From positions 12,694 through 76,693 of the forward strand of contig DAOUKR010000009.1 of the NCBI GenBank assembly GCA_034421095.1: DNA of 64,000 nucleotides, given 5' to 3'. Positions 17,938 through 27,123 of the stretch are shown here, piece after piece (the first letter of the stretch is position 1; each line of letters begins with the position of its first letter). The notes under the pieces are model-generated. The model had not been told where the DNA came from, did no database searches, and saw only the letters and a list, made by a program, of their open reading frames with translations. Made by a program: the position numbers and the translations under genes. This DNA comes from Dehalococcoidia bacterium (lineage in GTDB: Bacteria; Chloroflexota; Dehalococcoidia; Lucifugimonadales; JAGWBF01).

Positions 17938-19473
17938 ATGAAGTACGACGTTATTGTAATAGGAGGCGGGTCTGCCGGCTGCGTTCTCGCTACGCGCCTT
18001 TCGGAAGACCCCAAGCGTTCGGTGCTGCTTCTTGAAGCTGGGCCGGACTATCCCGACCTGGAGCGTACCCCCGACGCCATCAAGAATGGGTACGACTTGC
18101 TCCCCGCCCAGTCACCGGGGACTCCCCACAACTGGTCATTGGTCGGCACGGCTACTCCCCAGCAGGAAGAGCCAATGCCGGTGCCCAGGGGCAAGGTAAT
18201 CGGTGGCTCCAGTGCGGTCAACGGCCAGATATTTCTGCGTGGTGTGCCGGAAGACTACGATGACTGGGCGGCCCAGGGCAACGACGAGTGGGGCTATATC
18301 AAGGTCCTGCCCTACTTCAGGAAACTCGAAACTGACATGGACATCAGGGACGACTTTCACGGTTCGGACGGTCCGATTACCGTCAGAAGACACAAGCAGG
18401 ACGGGTGGAATCCTACCCAGGCGGCCTTCTATCAGGCCTGTGTAGCTGAGCGATTCCCCGAAGACCGTGACATGAACAACCCGGATTCCTTTGGCGTGGG
18501 CCCGTTTCCTATGAACAACCGAGACGGCATCCGTGTGAGCACGGCTCTGGCTTATCTCAATCCGCACCGACACAGGCTCAATCTGACCGTCAGGGGCGAT
18601 GTCCTGGCCTGGCGCATCCTGTTCGATGGCAAAAGGGCGATAGGGGTAGAAGTTGAGAGCGGCGGGGAGAGGTTCACCGTGGAAGCGGACAAAATCATAC
18701 TTAGCGCCGGGGCAATTGCGTCACCACAATTGCTGATGCTATCCGGGGTCGGCCCAGGAGAACAATTGAGGAGCCTGAGAATCCCGGTGGTGCATGACCG
18801 CCAGGGAGTCGGCCAGAATCTAAGGGACCACCCGTTGGTAGCAGTACGCATGCGCATAAAAGAAAGTATTCCGGTAAGTGCCGATTCCCCGATGATGCAG
18901 ATTGCCCTTCGCTATACTGCTGAGGGATCGAGCACCCGCAACGACGTGCAAATCATGGCAACATCCTACTCAATCCCAGTGGGTGTGGACCCCAGCGGGA
19001 GAGACAGCTTTAGCCTCATCTGTATGCTTGAGCTGGCTAATGGGTCCGGTGAATTGCGCCTCACCTCTTCCGACCCCCACGTGCAGCCCCACCTCGATTA
19101 CCGGTTTCTTGTCGACCCTTGGGACCGACGGCGGCTCCGAGAGGCGGTGCGCCTCTGTATTCGCCTATTGGAGCAAGACGTGTACAAGGAGATTGTAGAC
19201 GAACGGCTCGCGCCCACTGAGCATGACCTGGACTCGGAAGAATCCTTGGATGACTGGCTGATGAGAAACGTAAGTACCACTCACCATATCTCCGGCACAT
19301 GCAAGATGGGCCCGGTTTCCGACCCTCTGGCAGTAGTTGACCAGCACTGCCTGGTACACGGGTTGGAGGGACTTCAGGTGGTGGACGCTTCAGTCATGCC
19401 CAACATCGTGCGGGCCAACACCAACGCAACCACAATAATGATTGCTGAACGGGTCGCCGATTGGGTCAGATGA
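17938..19473 (+). CDS. GMC-family FAD-dependent oxidoreductase (choline dehydrogenase-like)
   Basis: MKYDVIVIGGGSAGC is a Rossmann N-terminus placed after GAGGGAAGGG. GGSSAVNG and the C-terminal HHISGTCKMG / VVDASVMP are GMC signatures. Confidence 0.85.
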   Translation: MKYDVIVIGGGSAGCVLATRLSEDPKRSVLLLEAGPDYPDLERTPDAIKNGYDLLPAQSPGTPHNWSLVGTATPQQEEPMPVPRGKVIGGSSAVNGQIFLRGVPEDYDDWAAQGNDEWGYIKVLPYFRKLETDMDIRDDFHGSDGPITVRRHKQDGWNPTQAAFYQACVAERFPEDRDMNNPDSFGVGPFPMNNRDGIRVSTALAYLNPHRHRLNLTVRGDVLAWRILFDGKRAIGVEVESGGERFTVEADKIILSAGAIASPQLLMLSGVGPGEQLRSLRIPVVHDRQGVGQNLRDHPLVAVRMRIKESIPVSADSPMMQIALRYTAEGSSTRNDVQIMATSYSIPVGVDPSGRDSFSLICMLELANGSGELRLTSSDPHVQPHLDYRFLVDPWDRRRLREAVRLCIRLLEQDVYKEIVDERLAPTEHDLDSEESLDDWLMRNVSTTHHISGTCKMGPVSDPLAVVDQHCLVHGLEGLQVVDASVMPNIVRANTNATTIMIAERVADWVR

Positions 19474-19479
19474 CGTGTT

Positions 19480-20433
19480 TCAGCCCCTCTTGACCAGCTT
19501 CTGGAAGCACTTCATCTCCCTTGGAGGCTCCAGCCGTCTGCCCGTGTGGGTCCACGATACCTCCCCGACGTAAATGTCTCCCCGGGAGTCCACGGCTAGA
19601 CCATGAGGGGCAATAAACTGTCCGGGGTCTTCTCCTGGACCCGTGTCCCCAAGCCTGGCAATCATCTTGCCATCGAGGCTATATATGCTAACCCTGGGGC
19701 CCAGGCCCGGTGCGCCTTCGTTGGAGGGAATGGCGGCGCCAAGCTCGCCAATGTAGCAAAGCTGGTCCGGGTTGTTGTCAATGTACAGGCCACACGGTCG
19801 AGACATGTTGACCCATTGGGTCTCGAACTTGCCGTTGGCATCGAAAACCTGGACGCGATGGTTCTCTCGGTCGGCCACGTAAACGTATCCGTCCTTGTCT
19901 GTACAGATATTGTGAACGATGTTGAAATGTCCCGGGTCAGTTCCAGGCTCACCCCACGAGAAGAGCAGCTTGCCGTCGGGGGAATACTTGTGGACCCGTG
20001 CGTTGCCATAGCCGTCGGAAACATATATGTCGTTGGTGACGGGAGATAGGGCAACGTGGGTGCATCGGTTAAAGGGATGGCCACTGTGAAATGGCGATGG
20101 CTCGCCAACCGTTCCCAGGGTAAGGAGGACCTTGCCGTCGAGGGTGCATTTCCTGACCGTATGGTCGCCGTCATCCGTGCAATAGATGGTATCGTCCGGC
20201 CCCATAGTGATGCCATGAGCGTTGACGAAGACACCCTCTCCCCATGAGCTCAGGAAGTTGCCATCCCTGTCAAAGACCATCATGGGGTGCTGACCTCTGT
20301 TGAACACGTAAACCCGGTCCTCGGAGTCTACGCCCACGGCTGCCACTTCTTTGTATGACCATCCGTCGGGCAACTTGCCCCAGCCTGCCTCTACCTCAAA
20401 GGCATAAGCGCCGCTGCTCACAGTAGTCACCAT
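19480..20433 (-). CDS. NHL-repeat beta-propeller protein (paralog of 650..1504)
   Basis: RVYVFNRGQHPMMVFDRDGNFLSSWG and YVYVADRENHRVQVFDANG closely parallel the first NHL protein. Confidence 0.7.
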   Translation of the reverse strand: MVTTVSSGAYAFEVEAGWGKLPDGWSYKEVAAVGVDSEDRVYVFNRGQHPMMVFDRDGNFLSSWGEGVFVNAHGITMGPDDTIYCTDDGDHTVRKCTLDGKVLLTLGTVGEPSPFHSGHPFNRCTHVALSPVTNDIYVSDGYGNARVHKYSPDGKLLFSWGEPGTDPGHFNIVHNICTDKDGYVYVADRENHRVQVFDANGKFETQWVNMSRPCGLYIDNNPDQLCYIGELGAAIPSNEGAPGLGPRVSIYSLDGKMIARLGDTGPGEDPGQFIAPHGLAVDSRGDIYVGEVSWTHTGRRLEPPREMKCFQKLVKRG

Positions 20434-20660
20434 TTGGAATACCCCCTACCGGTTTAATCTTATGACAGGTTAACCCTTCACAACCTGAATTTCAAGGCTC
20501 ACGGGCCGCCCACCAAAGGGCAATGCTACCGAGTGACTAGGACTTCTGGAAGCGCTAATGAAGGTATGGTAGAATCTTTACGTCCCGAGAATATTCAACG
20601 CTGCACGCCCAACGGAAACCGGGGAGAAAACTAGGGGAATTTTTTGGATGAGGTGAAGCG

Positions 20661-21575
20661 GTGTTCAAGACAATACTGGTCCCCTTGGATGGCTCGGATA
20701 TTGCCAGGGGAATCCTGCCCTATGTTTCGCAGATTGCAAGGAAGACCGGGACCCCGTTGGTGCTGCATACTGCCATTGACCTTCAATCTATGCACATTTC
20801 CGAGACCTCGGCGATATACCTGGACCAGATTGAGGCCAGACTACGCGCCCGTGCCATGGGTACACTGAAGGAGATAGCCGACCAACTCAGGGAAGAATCT
20901 ATTGAGGTCAGGACTGAGGTGACCGTGGGCAGCCCGGCGGAGGAGATCCTGCGCTTTGCCGGCGAGGCGGGCTGCGACCTGATTGCTATGTCAACCCACG
21001 GCCGGAACGCCATAGGCCGCAGCATCCTCGGCAGTGTTACCGACAAGATAGTCCATTCTGCGGACGTACCAGTCCTGACTATCAGCCCGGAGACAGCCAG
21101 AAAATACCAGGAGCAAGAGGGAATGACTTTGAACAGGGTCATCTTGCCGATGGATGGGTCTGAGCTTGCCGAGCAGGCCGTACCCCACGCAGTGAGCCTG
21201 GCTCAAGCGATGTCTCTGGAGGTGGAACTGGTCCAAGTGGTGTCAACCGGACTTCCGACCTATGCTTATCCGGGGTTTGACATGAACATGCCGCAATTCA
21301 GTGATGACCTGATACGTGAAGCTACTGAGAATCTGGATAGTTTGGCCAAGAGCCTTGAGAACGAGGGCCTGACCGTTCGCACCCACGTATTGCGAGGATC
21401 CGCAGCGTCGGCCCTGGTAGAATTCGCCCAGCAAACCCCCCAGGGCATCATCACAATGACCAGCCGCGGGCGGTCGGGACTGACCCGATGGATGTTGGGC
21501 AGCGTAGCCGAGGCGCTGGTCCGGGCATCGGGTGACCCCGTGCTAATAATTCCATCACGTACCTCGGCCCAATGA
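20661..21575 (+). CDS. Universal stress protein, tandem UspA domains
   Basis: GTG start. Two Usp domains each begin (I)LVPLDGS / ILPMDGS and end with the ATP-binding-type motif (MSTHGRNAIGRSILGSV; MTSRGRSGLTRWMLGSV). Confidence 0.85.
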   Translation: MFKTILVPLDGSDIARGILPYVSQIARKTGTPLVLHTAIDLQSMHISETSAIYLDQIEARLRARAMGTLKEIADQLREESIEVRTEVTVGSPAEEILRFAGEAGCDLIAMSTHGRNAIGRSILGSVTDKIVHSADVPVLTISPETARKYQEQEGMTLNRVILPMDGSELAEQAVPHAVSLAQAMSLEVELVQVVSTGLPTYAYPGFDMNMPQFSDDLIREATENLDSLAKSLENEGLTVRTHVLRGSAASALVEFAQQTPQGIITMTSRGRSGLTRWMLGSVAEALVRASGDPVLIIPSRTSAQ

Positions 21576-21622
21576 CGATGACCGGCCCACATAAAGCCAG
21601 GGAACTATAATCCCCCCGATGC

Positions 21623-22546
21623 TCACTGACCACCGCCCCCGGCAGATACGTCCGGGGCATTTATCGTATCTCCGTGAAGGTCCACCCGTGCATCAAGGGT
21701 TGTAGGCAACACTTCAAGGTCCGGGTTATTCAGAAGGGCCTCAATGCACACGCTACTCCCGCCCACGTAGGTATCGAACAGGTCTATGTCTGTTGCCACA
21801 CACCAGGCCCGGTCCTCGGGCCACCAGATGTTCGGCGAGTCCCCCCATAAGTGATTCTCCCTGATCAGGAAGGACATGACAGCGTCAACAGGCCCCCTAA
21901 ACAGCAGGTAGTCTCGCCCCGGAACTCTCACACGAGAGCGGGCCTTGTAGAGGCGGGTATCAATGTTGCCATAGCCTTCCCAAAGGCAAAAGTAGCAACG
22001 GTCGAGCGTCGAGGTATACTCCTTGAGCACATTGACCAGGGTCGTGCACTCCTTTTCCGGGATGGACCCATGCTGGGGGAGAGAACCCCATGCAGGGTCT
22101 TTGTACATGTCCTTCGAGTCCTCGTTAAGGTTGGCAATGCGCTCGAACTGCATCCGGGGATGGACGGTCCGCCCGTTCCATGAAGCTACCGTAGACCACC
22201 GGACAGGTCTCTCACACCCCTTGTCGTCAAGGTAAGCCGGATGAAAAACGCGGGCGTAGGCCGAAAAACCCTCGGGCATCAAGGAACGCACGCTCCCCCA
22301 CCCCGACAGGCTCTCCTCTATCCATCGCGCCTGTGAGACATCTTCCATGTACTCCAGCCCGTTGGGCGCAAGCTGGGTCTGCCGAACGGGTATGCCCCCT
22401 CCCGTAGATAGCAGTGCCATGCTGGTCATGGGACCTCTGCTCTTCCAGCGCGCCATCAGCTTTCGGAGCCATGATAGTCCTGAAGGTTTCGTATCTCCGC
22501 TCACGGTTCCTATTATCCCACAATTGCTCTGGACTTGTATGTCCAT
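21623..22546 (-). CDS. Hypothetical protein; start uncertain
   Basis: Long ORF with normal composition and the conserved-looking segment NIWWPEDRAWCVATDIDLFDTYVGGS. I cannot name a family. Internal starts (MTSMALL, MEDVSQARW) are possible. Confidence 0.45.
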   Translation of the reverse strand: MDIQVQSNCGIIGTVSGDTKPSGLSWLRKLMARWKSRGPMTSMALLSTGGGIPVRQTQLAPNGLEYMEDVSQARWIEESLSGWGSVRSLMPEGFSAYARVFHPAYLDDKGCERPVRWSTVASWNGRTVHPRMQFERIANLNEDSKDMYKDPAWGSLPQHGSIPEKECTTLVNVLKEYTSTLDRCYFCLWEGYGNIDTRLYKARSRVRVPGRDYLLFRGPVDAVMSFLIRENHLWGDSPNIWWPEDRAWCVATDIDLFDTYVGGSSVCIEALLNNPDLEVLPTTLDARVDLHGDTINAPDVSAGGGGQ

Positions 22547-22582
22547 AAGGGTATATTATAGGCTCTAAGAGGTATTGATTGA

Positions 22583-24760
22583 GTGAGTACAGGCGTTAAA
22601 GAGCTTATAGAGAGTGTTCAAATATACCTTCCCGAGGACAAGGCAACCCTCATCGAGAAGGCGTACCATTTTGCCGAAGAGTGCCATAACGGGCAGAAGC
22701 GAATGTCCGGTGGTCCTTACATAGAGCACCCGCTTCAGACCGCCCTATTCCTCGCTGAGCTTCACCTGGACGCCACCACCATATCTTCAGCCCTCCTCCA
22801 CGATGTCATAGAAGATTGTAACGTTACCTACGACGACATCAAAATACGGTTTGGGGAAGACGTAGCCAGGCTTGTGGATAGCGTCACCAAGCTGACTCGG
22901 ATGGACCTCGCCCTCATGGACAAAGAGGACCCCCAGCAAGCAAGCGCATTTCAGGAAGACCGTCTCCGTGCCGAGAGCTTGCGCAAGATGCTGGTTGCCA
23001 TGGCCGAGGACGTGCGAGTGGTACTCATAAAGTTGGCTGACAGGCTTCATAACATGCGCACGTTGGGGGCCCTGGCTACACACAGGCGTAAGGCCATCGC
23101 TCAGGAGACGCTGGACATTTATTGCCCCCTGGCTCACCGGTTGGGCATCTGGGACATCAAGTGGCGACTTGAGGACATGGCATTCAGGCACCTGGAAGAG
23201 GACAAGTACAGAGAAATTTCCAAGATGTTGTCCATAAAGCGGGAGGAAAGGGAGTCCTACATATCCAGCGTTGCGGAAATCCTGAAGAAGGAGATGGATT
23301 CCGTGTCTCTGGACGCCCAGGTAGTCGGGAGACCCAAGCACATCTACAGTATCTACCAGAAGATACAGAAGTACGCCATTCAGGGGAAAGAGCTTAGCGA
23401 GATTTACGACTTGTACGCCCTGAGGGTCTTGGTCAAGACAAAAAGCGACTGCTATAACGCCCTCGGTGTGGTACACGATCTATGGCATCCCATGCCGGGG
23501 CAGTTCGACGACTATATCGCCAATCCCAAGGACACCATGTACCAATCTTTACACACAACTGTCATGTGCGACGGGGGAGCACCGCTGGAGGTGCAGATAC
23601 GGACTTACGAAATGCACCAGACGGCGGAATACGGTGTGGCCGCTCATTGGCGTTACAAAGAGGGAGGCGCCGGGGACGTTCGCTTTGAGGACAAGATGAC
23701 CTGGTTCCGGCAACTCCTCGAGTGGCAGCGGGAGGTCAGCGGCACCGAAGAGTTCCTGGAGTCGGTGAAGACCGACCTGTTCAGAGACCAAGTCTTCGTC
23801 TACACACCCAAGGGGGACATAATAGAGCTTCCCAGTGGCGCTACCCCCATAGACTTCGCCTACAAGATACACACCGAGCTGGGACATCGTTGCATTGGTG
23901 GAAAGGTCAACGGCCGGCTGGTATCCCTCGACATGCCCCTCAAGAACGGCGATACCGTCGAAATCCTGACCACGAAGGTCGCCAGAGGTCCTAGCCTGGA
24001 CTGGCTGAACCCGAACTTGGGATACGTGCGCTCGGCCAGCGCACGGGAGAAGATACGCCAGTGGTTCCGAAAACAGGAACGCCAGACCAATATTCAACGA
24101 GGGCATGACCTCCTCCGCAAGGAACTCAAGCGTCTCAATGCGTCCTTCGACGAGCCTGAAGTGGCCCGTATGTTCAGGTATGACACTCCGGAAGACTTCC
24201 TGGCAGCCCTTGGCTCCGGAGGTATTACGGAGAATCAGGTGGTATCCAGGCTTACCGCCCAGCAAGAGAAGCCCCAAGGGGGGCAAAAGCCCGCACTCCC
24301 GCTTTCCAGGCCCACCAGTGGAGTTGAAGTGTTGGGCGTGGGCGATTTGCTTATACAAATGGGACGATGCTGCAACCCGCTCCCCGGGGAGGAGATTATC
24401 GGTTACATTACCCGCAGCCGTGGCGTCACCGTGCACAAAGCCAACTGTCCGAATGTCCTCAATGAAGACGAACAGGAACGCCTGGTGAACGTCGAGTGGG
24501 GCCGAACCAAGCAACTCTACCCCATACGGCTCACGGTCCAGGCTTGGGACAGGGTGGGACTTTTGAGAGACATAACCACCCAGGTTTCCGAAGAAGGGGT
24601 CAACATAGCCTCCGCAGTTACAACCGAAAACATGGATGGCACGTCTACGACCTCTCTCACACTCCATACGACGGGCGTTGACCAGCTAGGTCGGCTCTTT
24701 TCCAAGCTCGAACGTGTCCGGGGAGTGATAAACGCATCCCGTAGTTCCAACGACGGATGA
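22583..24760 (+). CDS. rel: Bifunctional (p)ppGpp synthetase/hydrolase Rel (RelA/SpoT homolog)
   Basis: GTG start, 725 aa. It has an HD hydrolase domain (HPLQTA...HDVIED), a synthetase domain (YIANPKDTMYQSLHTTV, EVQIRT), a TGS domain (VFVYTPKGDIIELPSGATPIDFAY) and a C-terminal ACT domain. Confidence 0.9.
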   Translation: MSTGVKELIESVQIYLPEDKATLIEKAYHFAEECHNGQKRMSGGPYIEHPLQTALFLAELHLDATTISSALLHDVIEDCNVTYDDIKIRFGEDVARLVDSVTKLTRMDLALMDKEDPQQASAFQEDRLRAESLRKMLVAMAEDVRVVLIKLADRLHNMRTLGALATHRRKAIAQETLDIYCPLAHRLGIWDIKWRLEDMAFRHLEEDKYREISKMLSIKREERESYISSVAEILKKEMDSVSLDAQVVGRPKHIYSIYQKIQKYAIQGKELSEIYDLYALRVLVKTKSDCYNALGVVHDLWHPMPGQFDDYIANPKDTMYQSLHTTVMCDGGAPLEVQIRTYEMHQTAEYGVAAHWRYKEGGAGDVRFEDKMTWFRQLLEWQREVSGTEEFLESVKTDLFRDQVFVYTPKGDIIELPSGATPIDFAYKIHTELGHRCIGGKVNGRLVSLDMPLKNGDTVEILTTKVARGPSLDWLNPNLGYVRSASAREKIRQWFRKQERQTNIQRGHDLLRKELKRLNASFDEPEVARMFRYDTPEDFLAALGSGGITENQVVSRLTAQQEKPQGGQKPALPLSRPTSGVEVLGVGDLLIQMGRCCNPLPGEEIIGYITRSRGVTVHKANCPNVLNEDEQERLVNVEWGRTKQLYPIRLTVQAWDRVGLLRDITTQVSEEGVNIASAVTTENMDGTSTTSLTLHTTGVDQLGRLFSKLERVRGVINASRSSNDG

Positions 24761-24840
24761 GCCTCCTGGCGACACAACCGTCAGGCCTCGTCCTTTATAA
24801 TAGTGAAGTTGACATCTGAAGCAAATGCAGGAGGTTATCC

Positions 24841-25098
24841 TTGCCCAGTGAAAAAACAGCTCGCTCTGCCGAGAGGAAGCGCCTGAGGAACCGCAGGATT
24901 CGGACAACCGCTCGTACTATCGTGACCAGAGCGAACAACGTATTGCAGAGAGGCGAACTTCAGGATGCCGAGCCGGCAGTGGCCCATGCTATCAAGATGC
25001 TTGACGGAGCAGTCACCAAGGGAATCATCCATCGCAACAATGCAGCGCGCAAGAAGTCTCGTCTCATGGCCAAGCTGAATGCCCTCAAGACGTCCTGA
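24841..25098 (+). CDS. rpsT: 30S ribosomal protein S20
   Basis: TTG start after GGAGG. SAERKRLRNRRIRTTARTIV...GIIHRNNAARKKSRL is typical of S20. A TATAAT lies at 24796-24801 upstream. Confidence 0.85.
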   Translation: MPSEKTARSAERKRLRNRRIRTTARTIVTRANNVLQRGELQDAEPAVAHAIKMLDGAVTKGIIHRNNAARKKSRLMAKLNALKTS

Positions 25099-25324
25099 CA
25101 ACTCCGTAGTCTCTCACTCTGGAGTTCCCGCTCCATAGCCCTAGTACAGGAAGCAGGGACTTGTCGTAGGGAACGGTAGGGGACCTGGAGAGTTGCCCTT
25201 GACGCGCAACAGGGACTTTGGACCCTTTCCGTCTTCGGAGGTCTCGGGGTGCCAGCCATCCGTTCAGAATGACAATCCGGCATCCCCCTATTGACAGTAG
25301 GCGACTCCTCTGCTACTCTTCTGG

Positions 25325-25342
25325 CTAGAATACCAGTTCTAG
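25325..25342. promoter_or_regulatory. Candidate LexA operator (SOS box, GAAC-N4-GTTC type) overlapping a TAGAAT -10 element
   Basis: The palindrome CTAGAA-TACCAG-TTCTAG contains GAAT-ACCA-GTTC, one mismatch from GAAC-N4-GTTC. It sits 11 nt upstream of the lexA ATG. TTGACA at 25291 may be a -35 element. Confidence 0.5.
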
Positions 25343-25352
25343 GATTATTGAT

Positions 25353-26015
25353 ATGCAGCAAAAGAAAAAACTTTCAGCCAAGCAGAAAATGATGATGGAC
25401 TTCATCCGGGAGTTCAAGGAAGAAAACTCGCTACCCCCCACGGTAAGAGACATTCAGAAAGCCTGTGGGATTAGCTCCACCTCTGTGGTGGACTACAACC
25501 TTCGCCTGTTGCAGAGAGACGGCTATTTGCGTCGCAGGCCGGACGTGGCGAGGGGTATAGAGCTCCTGGACGAGCCGACACGGGCAAACCGCGGAGCATT
25601 TTCTTTCCATAGCATCCCGGTGATGGGTTACATAGCTGCCGGTGAACCTCTACCTGTGGCAGGGGCCGACGGATGGGCACCCGGAGATGCCCAGGAAAGC
25701 ATAGATGTCACATCCAATATGGTCAGGGGCAACCGGAATCTCTACGCCTTGAAAGTCAAAGGTGCGTCAATGATAGATGCCCTCGTAGATGACGGGGACA
25801 TTGTGCTGGTCGAGCCATTGCACCATGCGGAAAACGGGGAAATGGTCGTGGCACGGCTGAAGCTGGAGAACGAGACTACTCTCAAGCGTTTGTACCATGA
25901 GGGGGACACCGTGAGGCTCCAGCCCGCTAATGCCTACATGGAACCTATATATTCTCCCGCCGATAACGTGGAAGTACAGGGCAAGGTGGTTGGCGTACTC
26001 AGACTACTGAGTTGA
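25353..26015 (+). CDS. lexA: LexA repressor (S24 peptidase)
   Basis: It has a winged-helix N-terminus, the Ala-Gly cleavage site in GYIAAGEP, the Ser nucleophile in KGASMIDA and Lys in TLKRL. Confidence 0.9.
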   Translation: MQQKKKLSAKQKMMMDFIREFKEENSLPPTVRDIQKACGISSTSVVDYNLRLLQRDGYLRRRPDVARGIELLDEPTRANRGAFSFHSIPVMGYIAAGEPLPVAGADGWAPGDAQESIDVTSNMVRGNRNLYALKVKGASMIDALVDDGDIVLVEPLHHAENGEMVVARLKLENETTLKRLYHEGDTVRLQPANAYMEPIYSPADNVEVQGKVVGVLRLLS

Positions 26016-26032
26016 GCAGGCCCCGGTCCATA

Positions 26033-26176
26033 TCAGTCCGACGAAGGAAGCTTCCTAGGCTCCTGCAACTCCATGTCGACCTCGCAACACTGGACGACAC
26101 CTTCCCCCGTCTTGGTGCAGAGCACCAGTGTACCGCACACGGCACACGTATATCTCTTACCTAGCTGATTGGGCAT
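26033..26176 (-). CDS. Desulforedoxin-like Cys4 mini-protein (47 aa), not in the ORF track
   Basis: Hand translation gives MPNQLGKRYTCAVCGTLVLCTKTGEGVVQCCEVDMELQEPRKLPSSD. Cys11, 14, 30 and 31 give the CxxC...CC spacing of desulforedoxin. GGGAGGG lies 9 nt upstream of the ATG. Confidence 0.65.
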   Translation of the reverse strand: MPNQLGKRYTCAVCGTLVLCTKTGEGVVQCCEVDMELQEPRKLPSSD

Positions 26177-26222
26177 AATGCCTAACCCTCCCGTGACTGC
26201 GAAAATAGTATTTTGAGGGTCA

Positions 26223-26339
26223 CTACTTAAGGGGCATCGGCAATTTACAACACGAGATAGTACCGCTGCCGCCCTTCGTTACAATAAACTCGGAACCGCA
26301 CGTCGAGCAAACATACCTTTTCCCGGTGTCGTTAGCCAC
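26223..26339 (-). CDS. Desulforedoxin-like Cys4 mini-protein (38 aa), not in the ORF track
   Basis: Hand translation from the GTG gives MANDTGKRYVCSTCGSEFIVTKGGSGTISCCKLPMPLK. It has the same Cys11/14/30/31 pattern and the G..Y.C..CG....V...G.GT..CC...M pattern seen in desulforedoxin. GGAGG lies 11 nt upstream. Confidence 0.55.
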   Translation of the reverse strand: MANDTGKRYVCSTCGSEFIVTKGGSGTISCCKLPMPLK

Positions 26340-26571
26340 TTTTGAACATACCTCCAGATTCCCGTCAATAGAGATTCATTATATCCGCACGAATTGAAGG
26401 GGTCAACGTGTAACATTACGAACAAGGGGACGTGAGGGAGAGACCAGCGGAATAAATCACCGGCAGAGCAATCCGGGTAAATCAAACGGCTAAGGGCACA
26501 AAAACTGTCAAATAAGTATTGATTTTACCTTTACCAAATAGATTTCTTTTGAGTATAATCCCCGCAAGGTC

Positions 26572-27123
26572 ATGCGTGTGGTAGGTGGTGTTGCCAAAGA
26601 CAAGAGGTTACGCGGGGCCACAATCCCCGAGGCGCGTCCCACCTCGGAGTTGGTTCGTGGGGCCATTTTCAACATCCTCGGTCCACTCGAGATTGCTCAA
26701 ACCAGGGTCCTGGACCTTTACGCAGGCTCCGGCTCCCTTGGCATTGAGGCTCTGAGCCGGGGTGCTACAGAGGCGGACTTCGTCGAGCGCCATCCACGCC
26801 AGTGTGCTGCCATTAAGGAAAATCTGGCAACAACAGGCTTTACCGGCAAAGCGAGGGTGTATCGCATGGATGTACTGGCCTCACTGTCGGCGCTGGAAGG
26901 TCGCTACCAGTTGGTGCTTATGGACCCGCCCTACAAGCTCACTACTCTGGGCGAAACCCTGGACAGCCTGGCCGGATCGGGCCTATTGGAAGGAGGGGCT
27001 ACCGTAGTGGTAGGGCACTCAAAGAGGCTGGTTCTGAGTGACCGATACCGGAGCCTGTCCCTAATCAAGACCTACCGTTATGGCGACAGCACAGTGGACC
27101 TTTTTGAACAAGGAGGCCCTTGA
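26572..27123 (+). CDS. rsmD: 16S rRNA (guanine966-N2)-methyltransferase RsmD
   Basis: RVVGGVAKDKRL...RPT, LDLYAGSGSLGIEALSRGA and LVLMDPPY are present. The conserved rsmD-coaD pairing supports the call. Confidence 0.85.
   Translation: MRVVGGVAKDKRLRGATIPEARPTSELVRGAIFNILGPLEIAQTRVLDLYAGSGSLGIEALSRGATEADFVERHPRQCAAIKENLATTGFTGKARVYRMDVLASLSALEGRYQLVLMDPPYKLTTLGETLDSLAGSGLLEGGATVVVGHSKRLVLSDRYRSLSLIKTYRYGDSTVDLFEQGGP

Noticed and set aside
23549-24667. 372-aa antisense ORF inside rel
   Set aside because: For the same reason: the Rel frame carries HD, synthetase, TGS and ACT motifs, and the antisense frame carries none.
26279-26485. 68-aa minus-strand track ORF between lexA and rsmD
   Set aside because: It is in a different frame from the desulforedoxin-like sORF that occupies the same DNA. 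It has no motifs or Shine-Dalgarno sequence.
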